Shown here: positions 1-10,578 of the stretch, piece after piece
How the letters are laid out: each line of letters begins with the position of its first letter
Numbering within the stretch: position 1 is the first letter of the stretch
IMG/VR virus record: IMGVR_UViG_3300027283_000078
Location: 1-43,101 of that record
Source: a virus
Taxonomy: Duplodnaviria > Caudoviricetes
Length of the DNA stretch: 43,101 bases
Reading direction: 5' to 3' (one strand)
Program-made: the position numbers and the translations under genes
Notes under the pieces: generated by a model
Seen by the model: only the letters and a program-made list of their open reading frames with translations
What the model was told of the DNA's origin: nothing
Databases searched by the model: none

Positions 1-280
1 GAACCCGTCCCGGCAACTTCCAAACCCAGACTGAATGCGCCCAAGGCGCCACACGTCCGCGCGCCTGAAACGGGCTGCCCCGGACACCCTCATGAATGAT
101 CCGGGCTAACCTACATCTCAGACACCAAGAGCGAAGGCGCCCCGATGGACGTGGCCCGGTTGATCGCCAGCTTAAACCAGCTTCAGGCGCTGCCTAGCCC
201 TACGGGATCACAGTGAGATAACTGGCGGGCGTTTTTGGCGCCACGCTTGCCAGTGAGGGCTTGAGGGAGACCAGACCTTA

Positions 281-1906
281 TCACCAGCCTGTTAGCTGCC
301 GTGCCCTCTCGTGGATCGTAATGGCACGCTCAGCTAAAAATACATCGTAGTCATCCCGTAGAGCGGCATCATACGCCGCTTCTGAAATCATGTTCGCCTC
401 CAACGCGGACCTAAGGTTTCCTCCCAATGCCGCCTCCACTTCTTTGAGGTATTCCGACGGCGGCCGATTAGATATCTTTTTATTACTTTGCGCGGTAAGC
501 ATTATAAAATTAGCCAACAAATTCGCACGCCGAAGTGGAACACCCCTTCTCGTCACCAGATCATCTTTCGGGAAAAAATGATGATATTCGCGCGAGTTAG
601 ACTGATGAAGCGCTTTGTGCACATCTATTGACTGGCCCGTGAGAAGATCGACCGGACGGTTAAACGCCAAAAGAAGCGTCAATATTTTTGCATGCGCGGT
701 ATTCAGCCTAAATTGCTGTGTGGTCCAAATCCCTACTCCGGCCTCTGCAACCGGTATTTCAAGCTCTGCAGTTTCCCCCCGCGCAAATTTCGCGGCAGCC
801 GCCTGATCAGAAGCCATGTTCCCAGTATTCCATCCTGCGAAATATCCAGATACTGCGGTTCGCCAAAACCATCGCTTTATAGCGAGGCGCTGCTCGTAGT
901 TCGGTCGAGGTAAAAGTCGAAAAACCTCAGCCAACACCACCATTTGATTAGAATAGGGAATATGCTTGTCGGACGGAATAGAGAGATCTGTGGCGAGAAA
1001 GTCGACTGCCCTTTCGTACGCATCTCTTGTCGCCGTGGACGCAGTATTTAGCTGTTCCGCGTCATAGCGACGTAAATTATCAATACTTCCTTCCGAGAAA
1101 CCACCACCCGCCGCGGCAGACAAACTCCGAAGGATCACTTTTCGGTCAAGTCCGCCGAAATCTTTCTCCGTTACTGACGCCAAAAGTGCATCAATTTGAT
1201 CAAATAGGTCAAATTTGTCGCTCCATGTAGCCGCGCGCATAAGATCAACAATTGTAAGCGGCGTTCCGCGACTGTTTATTCGTTCAAAAATAGGCCCAAC
1301 ATCGTCAATCGACATCTCCAGCAATGTGACAGTGGCGATTTTGTAATCCTTGAGCCGGTCGAAGAGTTTCTTTCCCGCCGCCTCCAAGACTGCTGCATCC
1401 GCTTCGGATTTTACCCTATTTAACTGGGTAAAATAAAGAGAGGCATCCGAGAGCCAGCTTAAGCGTATCTGGTGATTGGGCGGGCTATCGAGTGTCGCCA
1501 GATGAAAAAACTTGCCAGTTCTCAAATCATACGCCAAGTTCCACTGACTATCTGGATCAGTCCCCCTCCAATATAGAGCGCCACACACAGACGAAAGGCG
1601 CTGCTGGCCATCCAGTAAGTAATTGACCGGATAATCGTACGACTGTTGGCCAATAGGTAAATCTGCTATGCTTCTCTCTGCCTTCAACAACTCCCTGCTA
1701 CGCCACAGAAGGACACTCCCTATCGGGTAATTACTCGCAATCGAATCCCATAAATCCAGCACTTGCTTCTTTGACCACACGAACTCCCGCTGAAATTTTG
1801 GAAGAATGATATCTCCGCTCAAAATGCGCGAAGCAAGCTCCTCCACTCGGTCGACGGATGGCTGCGGAGCCTTCTGCATATCGAATTTGGTTGTTGTACC
1901 TGCCAT
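281..1906 (-). CDS. DUF262 (GmrSD/ParB-like N-terminal) protein with C-terminal HNH-like domain; putative type IV restriction/defence nuclease
   Basis: LPKFQREFVW, LLDGQQRL and IFERINSRG motifs; C-terminal EYHHFFP...LANFIML...SNKKI; ATG at 1906 preceded by GGGGGA; visibly lower GC than the prophage. Confidence 0.85.
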   Translation of the reverse strand: MAGTTTKFDMQKAPQPSVDRVEELASRILSGDIILPKFQREFVWSKKQVLDLWDSIASNYPIGSVLLWRSRELLKAERSIADLPIGQQSYDYPVNYLLDGQQRLSSVCGALYWRGTDPDSQWNLAYDLRTGKFFHLATLDSPPNHQIRLSWLSDASLYFTQLNRVKSEADAAVLEAAGKKLFDRLKDYKIATVTLLEMSIDDVGPIFERINSRGTPLTIVDLMRAATWSDKFDLFDQIDALLASVTEKDFGGLDRKVILRSLSAAAGGGFSEGSIDNLRRYDAEQLNTASTATRDAYERAVDFLATDLSIPSDKHIPYSNQMVVLAEVFRLLPRPNYEQRLAIKRWFWRTAVSGYFAGWNTGNMASDQAAAAKFARGETAELEIPVAEAGVGIWTTQQFRLNTAHAKILTLLLAFNRPVDLLTGQSIDVHKALHQSNSREYHHFFPKDDLVTRRGVPLRRANLLANFIMLTAQSNKKISNRPPSEYLKEVEAALGGNLRSALEANMISEAAYDAALRDDYDVFLAERAITIHERARQLTGW

Positions 1907-1986
1907 CTGCGTTCCCCCGCTTTTTATGCTCAATCTGTACGGCACGTCCTACGCCTTGGCAGCCACCCTCCCGATATGGGCAGATC

Positions 1987-3582
1987 TCATAGGGGCTGCA
2001 CCTTCGCCAGCCACGGCGACAAGACTGCCAGTTCCTCCCCTATCCCATAACCTGCGCTCACGGCCGAGCCTATCCTATGGCCCATCAAACGCGACATGAT
2101 CTCGTTCGGCATCTGAGCGTTTCGGCAGGCATCGGCGAATCGGTGGCGTAGGCTATGGAAAGTCCGGCTCTTGTCCTCGATTTCCGCCTTCACTCGCAGG
2201 ATACGTGCGAACCGCTTGCCGTATGGACCGCCAAGCCGTCCACGGCCGTCTGGCGCGAGGGCAGCGAATAGTCGCGGGCCGCTTGAGCGTTCGCAATGCT
2301 TCAGGAACCCGGCTGCGATCATCGTGGGATGCAGTGGCACAATGCGAGCGCTGGATGCGTTCTTAAGCCGCTTCTCGCCTAGGTCGTTGACGTTAATGTA
2401 CCACGTCGCGCCTTCCTGGCGCACGTCGGCCTTCGAAAGTTGGCACACCTCTTCAACGCGCAATCCATGGTACAGGGCGACTCTCGGAATCCAATAGTCG
2501 TCCTCATCCGCCCCGTGCGCGGCGTCTATGGCGGTGAAGAGCGTCGTCAGTTCGTCACGCGTGAAGGGCTTTCGGCGCTCGCGCTCGCTGAATTTCTCTT
2601 TCGGCTTGAGAAAGCGGATTCCGGCTGCGGGGTTCTTCTCGATATAGCCCAATCCCTCAGCATATCGCAGGAGCGTCGCGAGGCCGGTCACGTGTTTGGT
2701 GACGGTACGGGCGGTGATCGGCGGCAGCTTCTTTTCGGTGCCTAGCCGGATAGCGTTGTGAAGGGTCGCCTCCCGGATGTCCGCGCGGGTGCTATTAGGG
2801 AGCTTCCCTATGGCGTCCTTGAACTCTCGGATATGGGCTTTCGTGATCTCCGTTACCGGCAGGTCGCCGTGCAGTTGCCTGAAGCGACTGGCGACGTACC
2901 GGTACTGCTCCACGTGTTGAGGCGGGGCCTCCCTCTCCTTCGCCCAGCGGGTCACGATGTCGCTGAGGTTGGGCGCAAGGTCGCCATCCTCCGCAGCCTC
3001 GCAGTCGGACGCGGGGATCGCGACGCCCACTTTCGCTAGGGCGCGCTCCCTTATTGCCACGTGGTCTCTCAGATCCTCTAGCGACTTCCGCGCCTGCTTC
3101 AGTTCGGAATTCAGGTCGTTGCGCTCCAGGTGCTCACGCTCCCGCGGCCACTCCGGATCGTCGCGGCCCTCATCCCACTCACGCATCTGCTTCAGCCGGG
3201 GCGGCTCCGTCTCCAGAAGGCTCTTGAGCATCAGAACGGCCTCTTTGACGTAGGCCGCACCCTCGCGGTGTTCCACCGTCTCAGCCTCTAGGGCGTCCAC
3301 ACCTCCCGCGTTGACGACCAATGCGCGCTCATCAGGCGGCAGGAGCTTCACTAGCTCGTCGGCGTGCTGGCGCGTGCGCTGGCGTTCAAGCTCACGGCGG
3401 TGCAGCTCGATGAGGGAATCGTGTTCCTGTCCCCTTGCCCTTGCCTTCTGCTCAGCGAGTCGCCTATCGCTGGTACCTAGGGCCTCTTTCCAGAGAGGGC
3501 GCGGGAACAGGTGAGCTACATCGGAAGGGATTCGGCGCTTGTAGTAGAAGCGTCCGGCTATGGTCGTCAGGTGGCTGCCCAT
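1987..3582 (-). CDS. Tyrosine recombinase/integrase with N-terminal DUF6538-type arm-binding domain
   Basis: N-terminal GRFYYKRRIPSDV...ALGTSD; catalytic motifs GLRVEEV, LKN, FHSLRH, LMGH, GY. Confidence 0.92.
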   Translation of the reverse strand: MGSHLTTIAGRFYYKRRIPSDVAHLFPRPLWKEALGTSDRRLAEQKARARGQEHDSLIELHRRELERQRTRQHADELVKLLPPDERALVVNAGGVDALEAETVEHREGAAYVKEAVLMLKSLLETEPPRLKQMREWDEGRDDPEWPREREHLERNDLNSELKQARKSLEDLRDHVAIRERALAKVGVAIPASDCEAAEDGDLAPNLSDIVTRWAKEREAPPQHVEQYRYVASRFRQLHGDLPVTEITKAHIREFKDAIGKLPNSTRADIREATLHNAIRLGTEKKLPPITARTVTKHVTGLATLLRYAEGLGYIEKNPAAGIRFLKPKEKFSERERRKPFTRDELTTLFTAIDAAHGADEDDYWIPRVALYHGLRVEEVCQLSKADVRQEGATWYINVNDLGEKRLKNASSARIVPLHPTMIAAGFLKHCERSSGPRLFAALAPDGRGRLGGPYGKRFARILRVKAEIEDKSRTFHSLRHRFADACRNAQMPNEIMSRLMGHRIGSAVSAGYGIGEELAVLSPWLAKVQPL

Positions 3583-3588
3583 GGTCGG

Positions 3589-3620
3589 TGTGTACCGCTC
3601 TGTGCACTGGTCTGTGCACC
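3589..3620. repeat. Three direct repeats TGTG(T/C)AC(C/T) at 12-bp period; probable integrase arm-type sites
   Basis: tgtgtacc 3589, tgtgcact 3601 and tgtgcacc 3613, immediately upstream of the integrase start. Confidence 0.6.
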
Positions 3621-3636
3621 GACCCTAGAACGACAA

Positions 3637-3672
3637 AGCCCGGAAACCCTTAACATATTGGGCTTCCGGGCT
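3637..3672. other. Inverted repeat enclosing an IHF-like AT-rich core next to the att site
   Basis: agcccggaaaccc-ttaacatatt-gggcttccgggct. Confidence 0.55.
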
Positions 3673-3679
3673 GATTTTG

Positions 3680-3694
3680 TGGTGCGGTCGAGAA
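3680..3694 (-). mobile_element. att core: 3'-terminal fragment of a tRNA-Leu gene
   Basis: Minus strand reads TTCTCGACCGCACCA, matching from memory the CCA end of alphaproteobacterial tRNA-Leu(GAG); the rest of a tRNA is absent; it lies next to an integrase. Confidence 0.7.
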
Positions 3695-4131
3695 ATGTCG
3701 GATTTCGCCGGTGCCGGAGTGATTAGCGAAAGGTGCGGGGCAAATGGGCACCGTTGATTTCTAAGAGAAATCTTCGACGCTCCCCGCACCGCGATCGCGC
3801 GGCCACGCCTCCCAGGGCGAGCGGCTGTCGCCGTGAATCGCGAGCCACCCCGATGCCCAGGATGCGATGAACAGAAGTTGTGGCTATGCAGGAATGCTTA
3901 ACCAGCCACATGTGCCGATGTCCACCCGCTCCGGGTTTAGCGCTCAGGCCCTCGGAGCCCGCTTTACCTCGTGGTAAGATCGATCGGCCATGATGAAGCA
4001 GTTCCACACACGGCTCACGTCGCGACCATGAGGCACGAGATCCACCCTTACCTGTAGCCTCTTGCTGAGTGCGCGGGCGCTAATCCTTCGCCGCGCCCTG
4101 AATTTTTTTGTTATCCGCGGGAAAATTAGCG

Positions 4132-7100
4132 TTGAGTATACTCATAGGAACGGCGGCATCGGATGAGATCGTCGGCACGGATGCCAGAGAACTCATCGTG
4201 GGTCTCGGCGACGATGATGTACTGCGCGGCGGCGAGGGAGGTGACCTCATCTACGGGGTCTCCGGCCTCAATCGTATTTTCGGCGACGATGGGAACGATG
4301 CCCTTGTCGGCGGTGTCGACGGTGGCGACGGACTTGACCCCGACGCGGTCGGCAAAGAGTACGATCCGCCGCTCGAACTGACCGAGCAGCTGTATGGCGG
4401 GGCCGGCAATGACTGGATCGACGGCGGTGCCGGCGAGGACAGCATATTCGGCGATGACGGCGCCGACCTGCTGCAGAGCGGACCGGGCCACGACTACATC
4501 GTCGGGGGGATGGGGAACGACCTAATCTATGGCGACGCCGGCCTCGACCAGATGTATGGCGGCGAAGGCGACGATCTTATCATCGACCTGCTGAATGCGC
4601 CGAACGCCGACCATGGCGAGGGACTGAACGGCGACGCGGGCAATGACCTGCTGATCGGCAGCGACAGCTGGAACCTGCTCTCCGGCGGCAGCGGTGCCGA
4701 CGTCATCATGGGTGGCGGCGAAAGCGACGTGATGGCCGGCGGCGACCCGATCTACGAAGCGATCGGCGGCGTCGTCACTCTGGTTGGCGGCACCCTGGAC
4801 GGCGCGGCGGATCGCTTCGTCTTCAACGAGGGCGACGGCCACGATTCGATCTATGGCTTCGAGACCGGGCCCGGTGGCGATTTGCTCGACCTCACCCGCC
4901 TGGGCGGCATCGCCTCGCGGGGCGATCTTTATGTCGCTGCAGTCATGGACGATGAGGGTATGCCCTTCGCCGTCGTCGTCGGGCTCGGCGAAGGCCAGTC
5001 GGTCCTCCTCATCGGCGTCACCGACCCCGATGCCGTGACCGCGGAGAATTTCATCTTCCGTTCGCCTGAAACCGTTAGTCCGGCGACCACTGAACTGGCG
5101 GACTATTCGACCGCAACGACCGGGGTCACGGCGGGCCTCGAAGCCGGCCAGTTGTTCCGCGGGCGCACCGACGGGATCGTGCCCTATGGTGCGGTCGATA
5201 TCCTCGGCTCGGCCCATGATGACGTCTTGGCCGGCGACGGCCGGGCTAATGCCATGGAAGGCGGCGACGGCGACGACATCCTGGAAGGGCGGGGCGGCGA
5301 CGACATCCTGATCGGAGGCGCGGGCGCGGACATTCTCAGCGGCGGCGAGGGGTTCGACACCGTAAGCTATGCCGGCGGCTCGGCGGTGACGATGATTAAC
5401 CTGTCCGACGGTGGCGTGTCGAGCGACGGCGACATTCTTTTCAGCATCGAGCGCATAATCGGGTCCGACTTTGACGACGTCCTAATCGGCGGTATCGGAG
5501 CCTACAAGAACGAGAGCGGTGCCGACACGTTCGAAGGCGGTGGTGGCGACGATATCCTCGTCGGCGGGGCCGGTGGCGACACCCTGATCGGCGGCGCAGG
5601 CATCGACACGGCCGACTACAGCGGCGAGACGGATGTGGTCTATGTGCGGCTCTACGACGGCGTGACGGATTACAATGGCCGGTTCGCCGGCGCGCGCGGG
5701 GATGTGCTCTCCGGGATCGAGAACCTGATCGGCGGCAGCGCGGGCGACTACCTGCTCGGCGACGCCGGTGCCAACCGGCTGGTCGGCGGTTTGGGCAACG
5801 ACTATCTCGACGCGAAGGCCGGCGACGACATCCTGCTCGGCGGACCTGGGGCCGACATGCTGATCGGCGGCGCCGGCAATGACACAGCCGACTACAGCGG
5901 CGAGACGGATGTGGTCTATGTGCGCCTCTACGACGGCGTGACGGACTACAATGGCCGGTTCGCCGGCGCGCGCGGCGATGCGCTCAGCGGCATCGAGAAC
6001 CTGATCGGCGGCAGCGCGGGCGACTACCTGCTCGGCGACGCCGGTGCCAATCGACTGGTCGGCGGTTTGGGCAACGATTACCTGGACGCCAAGGCCGGCG
6101 ACGACATCCTGCTCGGCGGTCCCGGCGCAGACATGCTGATCGGCGGCGCCGGCAATGACACGGTGGACTACAGCGGCGAGACGGATGTCGTCTACGTGCG
6201 CCTCTACGACGGCGTGACGGACGACAACGGCCAGTTCGCCGGTGCGCGCGGCGATGCGCTCAGCGGCATCGAGAACCTGATCGGCGGCAGCGCGGGAGAC
6301 TACCTGCTCGGCGACGCCGGCACCAATCGCCTCGCCGGAGGTCTGGGCGGGGACTACCTGGACGGCAGGGCCGGCGACGACGTCCTGCTCGGCGAATCCG
6401 GCGACGATGTCCTCGCCGGTGGGGCTGGTGGCGACACCCTTATCGGCGGCGCCGGCAACGACACGGCCAACTACAGCGGCGAGACGGATGTCGTCTACGT
6501 GCGGCTATACGACGGCGTGACGGACTACAATGGCCGGTTCGCCGGCGCGCGCGGCGATGCGCTCAGCGGCATCGAGAACCTGATCGGCGGCAGCGCGGGC
6601 GACTACCTGCTCGGCGACGCCGGTGCCAATCGACTGGTCGGCGGTTTGGGCAACGATTACCTGGACGCCAAGGCCGGCGACGACATCCTGCTCGGCGGTC
6701 CCGGCGCAGACATGCTGATCGGCGGCGCCGGCAATGACACGGTGGACTACAGCGGCGAGACGGATGTCGTCTACGTGCGCCTCTACGACGGCGTGACGGA
6801 CGACAACGGCCAGTTCGCCGGTGCGCGCGGCGATGCGCTCAGCGGCATCGAGAACCTGATCGGCGGCAGCGCGGGAGACTACCTGCTCGGCGACGCCGGC
6901 ACCAATCGCCTCGCCGGAGGTCTGGGCGGGGACTACCTGGACGGCAGGGCCGGCGATGACATCCTGCTCGGCGGAGCCGGCGATGACACGTTGATAGGCG
7001 GAGCCGGCAACGACCGGTTCATCCTTGACAGCGAGCCCGGCCGAGACCGCATCAGAGACTTCGACGGCGGCCTCGGACTGGGGGATATGATCGATCTCCG

Positions 7101-7251
7101 CGCCATTACCACTCTGGCCAACTTTGCCGACGTTCAGGCGGCGGCGAGTCAAGTCGGGGCGGACACGATGATCGATTTTGGCGGCGGCAACGCCCTCATG
7201 CTGGAGAATTTTACCGCCGGAAACCTCGCCTCGGATGACTTCATCTTCTGA
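4132..7251 (+). CDS. Large RTX-type Ca2+-binding (GGxGxD nonapeptide) protein, probable T1SS substrate
   Basis: Dozens of GGAGND-type repeats; C-terminus ...DDFIF typical of type I secretion signals; TTG at 4132 chosen (4108 is an alternative). Confidence 0.9.
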   Translation: MSILIGTAASDEIVGTDARELIVGLGDDDVLRGGEGGDLIYGVSGLNRIFGDDGNDALVGGVDGGDGLDPDAVGKEYDPPLELTEQLYGGAGNDWIDGGAGEDSIFGDDGADLLQSGPGHDYIVGGMGNDLIYGDAGLDQMYGGEGDDLIIDLLNAPNADHGEGLNGDAGNDLLIGSDSWNLLSGGSGADVIMGGGESDVMAGGDPIYEAIGGVVTLVGGTLDGAADRFVFNEGDGHDSIYGFETGPGGDLLDLTRLGGIASRGDLYVAAVMDDEGMPFAVVVGLGEGQSVLLIGVTDPDAVTAENFIFRSPETVSPATTELADYSTATTGVTAGLEAGQLFRGRTDGIVPYGAVDILGSAHDDVLAGDGRANAMEGGDGDDILEGRGGDDILIGGAGADILSGGEGFDTVSYAGGSAVTMINLSDGGVSSDGDILFSIERIIGSDFDDVLIGGIGAYKNESGADTFEGGGGDDILVGGAGGDTLIGGAGIDTADYSGETDVVYVRLYDGVTDYNGRFAGARGDVLSGIENLIGGSAGDYLLGDAGANRLVGGLGNDYLDAKAGDDILLGGPGADMLIGGAGNDTADYSGETDVVYVRLYDGVTDYNGRFAGARGDALSGIENLIGGSAGDYLLGDAGANRLVGGLGNDYLDAKAGDDILLGGPGADMLIGGAGNDTVDYSGETDVVYVRLYDGVTDDNGQFAGARGDALSGIENLIGGSAGDYLLGDAGTNRLAGGLGGDYLDGRAGDDVLLGESGDDVLAGGAGGDTLIGGAGNDTANYSGETDVVYVRLYDGVTDYNGRFAGARGDALSGIENLIGGSAGDYLLGDAGANRLVGGLGNDYLDAKAGDDILLGGPGADMLIGGAGNDTVDYSGETDVVYVRLYDGVTDDNGQFAGARGDALSGIENLIGGSAGDYLLGDAGTNRLAGGLGGDYLDGRAGDDILLGGAGDDTLIGGAGNDRFILDSEPGRDRIRDFDGGLGLGDMIDLRAITTLANFADVQAAASQVGADTMIDFGGGNALMLENFTAGNLASDDFIF
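5590..7000 (+). repeat. Five tandem ~276-bp (92-aa) intragenic repeats
   Basis: (g/a)actacagcggcgagacggatgt recurs at 5614, 5890, 6166, 6469 and 6745 (spacing 276, 276, 303, 276). Confidence 0.95.
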
Positions 7252-7472
7252 TCGAGATGGAGCTGGCTTCGTCGAATCTGCTGTGGACGACGGCCGCGAA
7301 AATTGCGCAGCTGAGAGATGGAGAGATTGCTGACAGTCCCTTTCCCGCCGCCGAAGGCCATCACGCCCGCAGCGCCTTCGCCGTCCGCGCCGCCTGATTC
7401 ACGACCCCACGAACTCGAAGACGCCGGGCGCCCGGTCCGTCTCAATGTCGTCAACGCGCTACACTTGAAGGC

Positions 7473-8477
7473 TCATCCGAAAATCCTCCTGAGGGCATGA
7501 AAAAGCCCGCCTCGAGGGGCGGGCTGTGGTTCGACCGAATCCGGCGCGTCGACCGGAGACGAGGGCGTGGGCGGCGGCATCGAGTCGAGGACCGACTGGG
7601 TGCGATTGTCGAGGCTCGCCCAGGTCGCCGCGCCGCAGATGCCGTCAGGCATGAGGCCGGCGATCCGCTGCCAAGCCTTCAGCGCCGCTTCGGTGCCGGC
7701 GCCGAACTGCCCGTCGACGGCTACCCGCAGGTCCATCTCACGGATCTGTGTGTTCAACGCCTGCTGCAGGACCCGCACGGCCTCGCCGGCATCGCCGCAG
7801 CGGAGGGTTGGGCGTCGGTCGGTGCGAACGGCGTTCGCCGCGGGCATCGGCGCCGAGCCCCCCTCCCCCCAGATTGCAAAGCAGAGCTGCAGCAACCGGA
7901 CGCGATCGTCGTAGCCGTTCAGGCCGCCGTTGATGATGGTCGTGACCATCCCGGTATCGTCGACGTCCGCATACTGGTTGATCCGCCGATCGCGCCAGAA
8001 GACGAGTGCCGCCTCGAACGCGACGGCCGGGTCCTCGAGCCGCTCCGGCGCGGCGTCGAGGTCGATTCCCAGAACCGTGCCGATCCGGGCATAGCCATCC
8101 TTGCCTGTGTTCATGATCAGGCCGCGGCCCCGGTAGCGCCAGCCGTCGCCGGTTCTTTCCGGGCCGTTGCCCATACGCCCGCCATAGACCCGGCTGGCAA
8201 TGCGCTCCGGCTGCCGCGCGTAGGCGGCCGCCTCGGCCGCCGTGAAATATTTCGGGAAGGTCTCCCGGAGGCCCTCGGCCGAATAGTTGAGGTTCTCGGT
8301 CAGGCGCGTGAAGCCCTGGCTCTCGTGCGCCAGCTGCGCCACCAGGTGGCACCAGCGCCGCGGCGTCGTGATGCCGTAGCGCGGCAGCAGCTCGGGCGCC
8401 AGGCGCACGATCTCGGCCAGGATGGCGGCATCGCCCCGCGGGCAGAGCCGGCGCAGGTCGTCATAGGTGATGTGCAT
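7473..8477 (-). CDS. Endolysin: glycoside hydrolase family 19 plus peptidoglycan-binding domain
   Basis: AQLAHES, ENLNYS, GDGWRYRGRGLI, INGGLNG; C-terminal LRCGDAGEAV...VDGQFG...DGICGAATW. Confidence 0.92.
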   Translation of the reverse strand: MHITYDDLRRLCPRGDAAILAEIVRLAPELLPRYGITTPRRWCHLVAQLAHESQGFTRLTENLNYSAEGLRETFPKYFTAAEAAAYARQPERIASRVYGGRMGNGPERTGDGWRYRGRGLIMNTGKDGYARIGTVLGIDLDAAPERLEDPAVAFEAALVFWRDRRINQYADVDDTGMVTTIINGGLNGYDDRVRLLQLCFAIWGEGGSAPMPAANAVRTDRRPTLRCGDAGEAVRVLQQALNTQIREMDLRVAVDGQFGAGTEAALKAWQRIAGLMPDGICGAATWASLDNRTQSVLDSMPPPTPSSPVDAPDSVEPQPAPRGGLFHALRRIFG

Positions 8478-8484
8478 GGGAACC

Positions 8485-8919
8485 TCAGGGGGTAGGGATG
8501 ATCGAGATCTTCGACAGGGCCCAGGCGATCAGGGCGAACAGCGCCGTCGACTGCCCGGCGATCACCAAGCCGGCAAACCACCAGAAGCGGCTCGAGACCG
8601 CCCGCCGGTCGGCGTCCATGCGCGTGGTCACCATCTCGCGCTCGGCGTCCATTCGCTCATAGATCGCCTTGTTCTTGGCGCTGATGTCGCCGCGCACGGC
8701 GTCGAAGCCGTTGCGCGTGATGTTGTTCGAATCGGTGACGGCCTTCGTCAGGTCCTCGACGCAGCGCTCCAGTCGCTGCATGTCGCGACGGCTGGCGGCC
8801 CAGCGTTCGGCGCAGGTCTTCTCGTGCCCGTCGAGCCGCTCGATCGCGCGATCGGCCGTCGTCAGCGCGCGCCGCGCCGCCTCAGATCCCTCCGTCACGA
8901 GCTTCGCCGCCTGCTGCAC
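8485..8919 (-). CDS. Putative holin/XhlA-like coiled-coil protein with C-terminal TM helix
   Basis: HEKTCAERW motif, coiled coil, hydrophobic C-terminus, directly upstream of the lysin; AGGAAGG RBS. Confidence 0.6.
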   Translation of the reverse strand: MQQAAKLVTEGSEAARRALTTADRAIERLDGHEKTCAERWAASRRDMQRLERCVEDLTKAVTDSNNITRNGFDAVRGDISAKNKAIYERMDAEREMVTTRMDADRRAVSSRFWWFAGLVIAGQSTALFALIAWALSKISIIPTP

Positions 8920-9070
8920 GGGGCCCTTCCTTTCCTGTGACCCGGCTCACGCAGCGGCAGACGCTGCACGCGAATGATCGCTGCCGCCATCGGTCGGCCT
9001 CCTTCATCAAGATCTTGTGTGGAAGTCCCCGACGATCGGTGTGTCAACACCGGTCGGCTGGGCGCCTGCT

Positions 9071-9076
9071 TATGAT
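9071..9076 (+). promoter_or_regulatory. Possible -10 element (TATGAT) for the antisense moron
   Basis: TATGAT about 60 bp upstream of ATG 9138; no clear -35. Confidence 0.3.
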
Positions 9077-9137
9077 AAGTACGGGACGACTGGCCGGCTT
9101 TTCGGCTGCGGAAGACGTGAGCCTGTGTGACCACCGG

Positions 9138-10547
9138 ATGAACTACGACCGACGAGAAGTTCTGATCCTGACGGCTCAGGCCGCCGCGGGGCTGACACTG
9201 CCGAGCAGTCATGTCTCTAGCGCAAAAGCCGCCGACGACAGCCAGCCCGATACGACCAGGCTGCTGGAGGCGATCGCCCGCGCAACGCCGGGCGGCAGGG
9301 TAAAGATCGACGGTCGAAAGATCATCTCGGCAGGCCGGTCGTTCATCGACGTCCGCCGATCAGATCCACATCCCGCCGCGATTACACTTCAAGGCCCCGT
9401 GACCTTGGAAGGCCCAGGATCCATCGAGGTGTCTCAGCCAGATAAGAGCGTGATACAGGTACTGAACGCGCGCTCCCCCGTCGAAGGCGTCGTGGTACGC
9501 GACCTGACATTGAAACAGCCTCCATCCAGCATTGTCGGCAGGAGCGGCTTGACGGATGACTACTTCGCTCTGAGGTTCTGGGGCACCCGTAATTGCACCG
9601 CGCAAAACGTCACGTTCGACCAATGCGAGCTGGCACTCACCTTTCAGTTTGGCCCTGCCACCTACCCCAATAGAGCCTCCGTTGCCAATCGAAGCTTCGG
9701 CTGCCGGGGCGATAGCATTCGGTTCATGGGCCTTCAGCTCTTCGGCGAGCAACAAGGCTCTCACGTCGGACATATTTTCCGCGGAGGGCGTGCTGGCGAC
9801 CGCGCTGCTGCTCATGGCATCCGCTTGACCGGCTACGATTTCGCCCCCTGCGTCGGCAACGAAGTCTCGGATCATACGCTGTCTCGTTTCCTTACTGGCT
9901 TATCTTTGCAGAGTTATTCGCAAGAAAACACGGTGGTCCTCACAGCACATGATTGCCAGCAGGGTGCGCAAGTGCTTCGACAAGCCAACATCGATGCTGT
10001 CCCGATGAGAAACAAAGTCGATTTGACTGCGATCGGGGGCGAGTATGGATTGTATGATGACGGAGGCTCCCACAATGCGTTCACGGTCGACATCAGCGAT
10101 TTTGCGTCCCATGGCATCTATGCCAGCGATGGCGGCCGTCGGCTTGGTTTTGCGCGCGGCAACAGTTATCGAGGGCGGATCAGGGCGAGCGATCGAGGGC
10201 GGAATGCCCGCGGCGCCCAGATTCACAGCTCCGACACCCATCTCGATCTCGATATCGACGGCGCTCATCAACTGGCCTTTGGCCTGCTGGCTACTGGCGA
10301 CCACCTGACCGGCCGTGTCCGGGTGACTGGCTGTCGAACTGGCGTTCACCTCGGTGGCAGCGACGGCAAACTGACATTGCAGGCATCGGCCTCCGGCAGT
10401 GCGCTCGTTGTGCATGGCAACGGCAACGTCATCGATTGCGGAATAGTCGGGGACGTAATTGTTGCCGGAAGGCGCAACGTGCTACGGGGACGCGTAGACG
10501 GCGACGTCTCTGTGACCGAGGGTAACGACGTGAGCGGGCTCTCGTAA
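9138..10547 (+). CDS. Tat-signal right-handed beta-helix (pectin-lyase-like) protein
   Basis: MNYDRREVLIL...AKA twin-arginine leader from ATG 9138; repeated beta-helix coils (VVVRDLTL, NCTAQNVTF, GIRL, GNEV). Confidence 0.7.
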   Translation: MNYDRREVLILTAQAAAGLTLPSSHVSSAKAADDSQPDTTRLLEAIARATPGGRVKIDGRKIISAGRSFIDVRRSDPHPAAITLQGPVTLEGPGSIEVSQPDKSVIQVLNARSPVEGVVVRDLTLKQPPSSIVGRSGLTDDYFALRFWGTRNCTAQNVTFDQCELALTFQFGPATYPNRASVANRSFGCRGDSIRFMGLQLFGEQQGSHVGHIFRGGRAGDRAAAHGIRLTGYDFAPCVGNEVSDHTLSRFLTGLSLQSYSQENTVVLTAHDCQQGAQVLRQANIDAVPMRNKVDLTAIGGEYGLYDDGGSHNAFTVDISDFASHGIYASDGGRRLGFARGNSYRGRIRASDRGRNARGAQIHSSDTHLDLDIDGAHQLAFGLLATGDHLTGRVRVTGCRTGVHLGGSDGKLTLQASASGSALVVHGNGNVIDCGIVGDVIVAGRRNVLRGRVDGDVSVTEGNDVSGLS

Positions 10548-10578
10548 GCACGACATTCCGCATGGAGCACATACTCAC

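Noticed and set aside
3640-3780. Complete tRNA gene
   Set aside because: Only 15 bp of a 3' end match; no cloverleaf upstream on the minus strand
5590-7000. Repeat array as CRISPR or DGR template/variable repeats
   Set aside because: Repeats are in-frame coding units without spacers, there is no adenine-specific divergence, and no cas or reverse transcriptase gene is present
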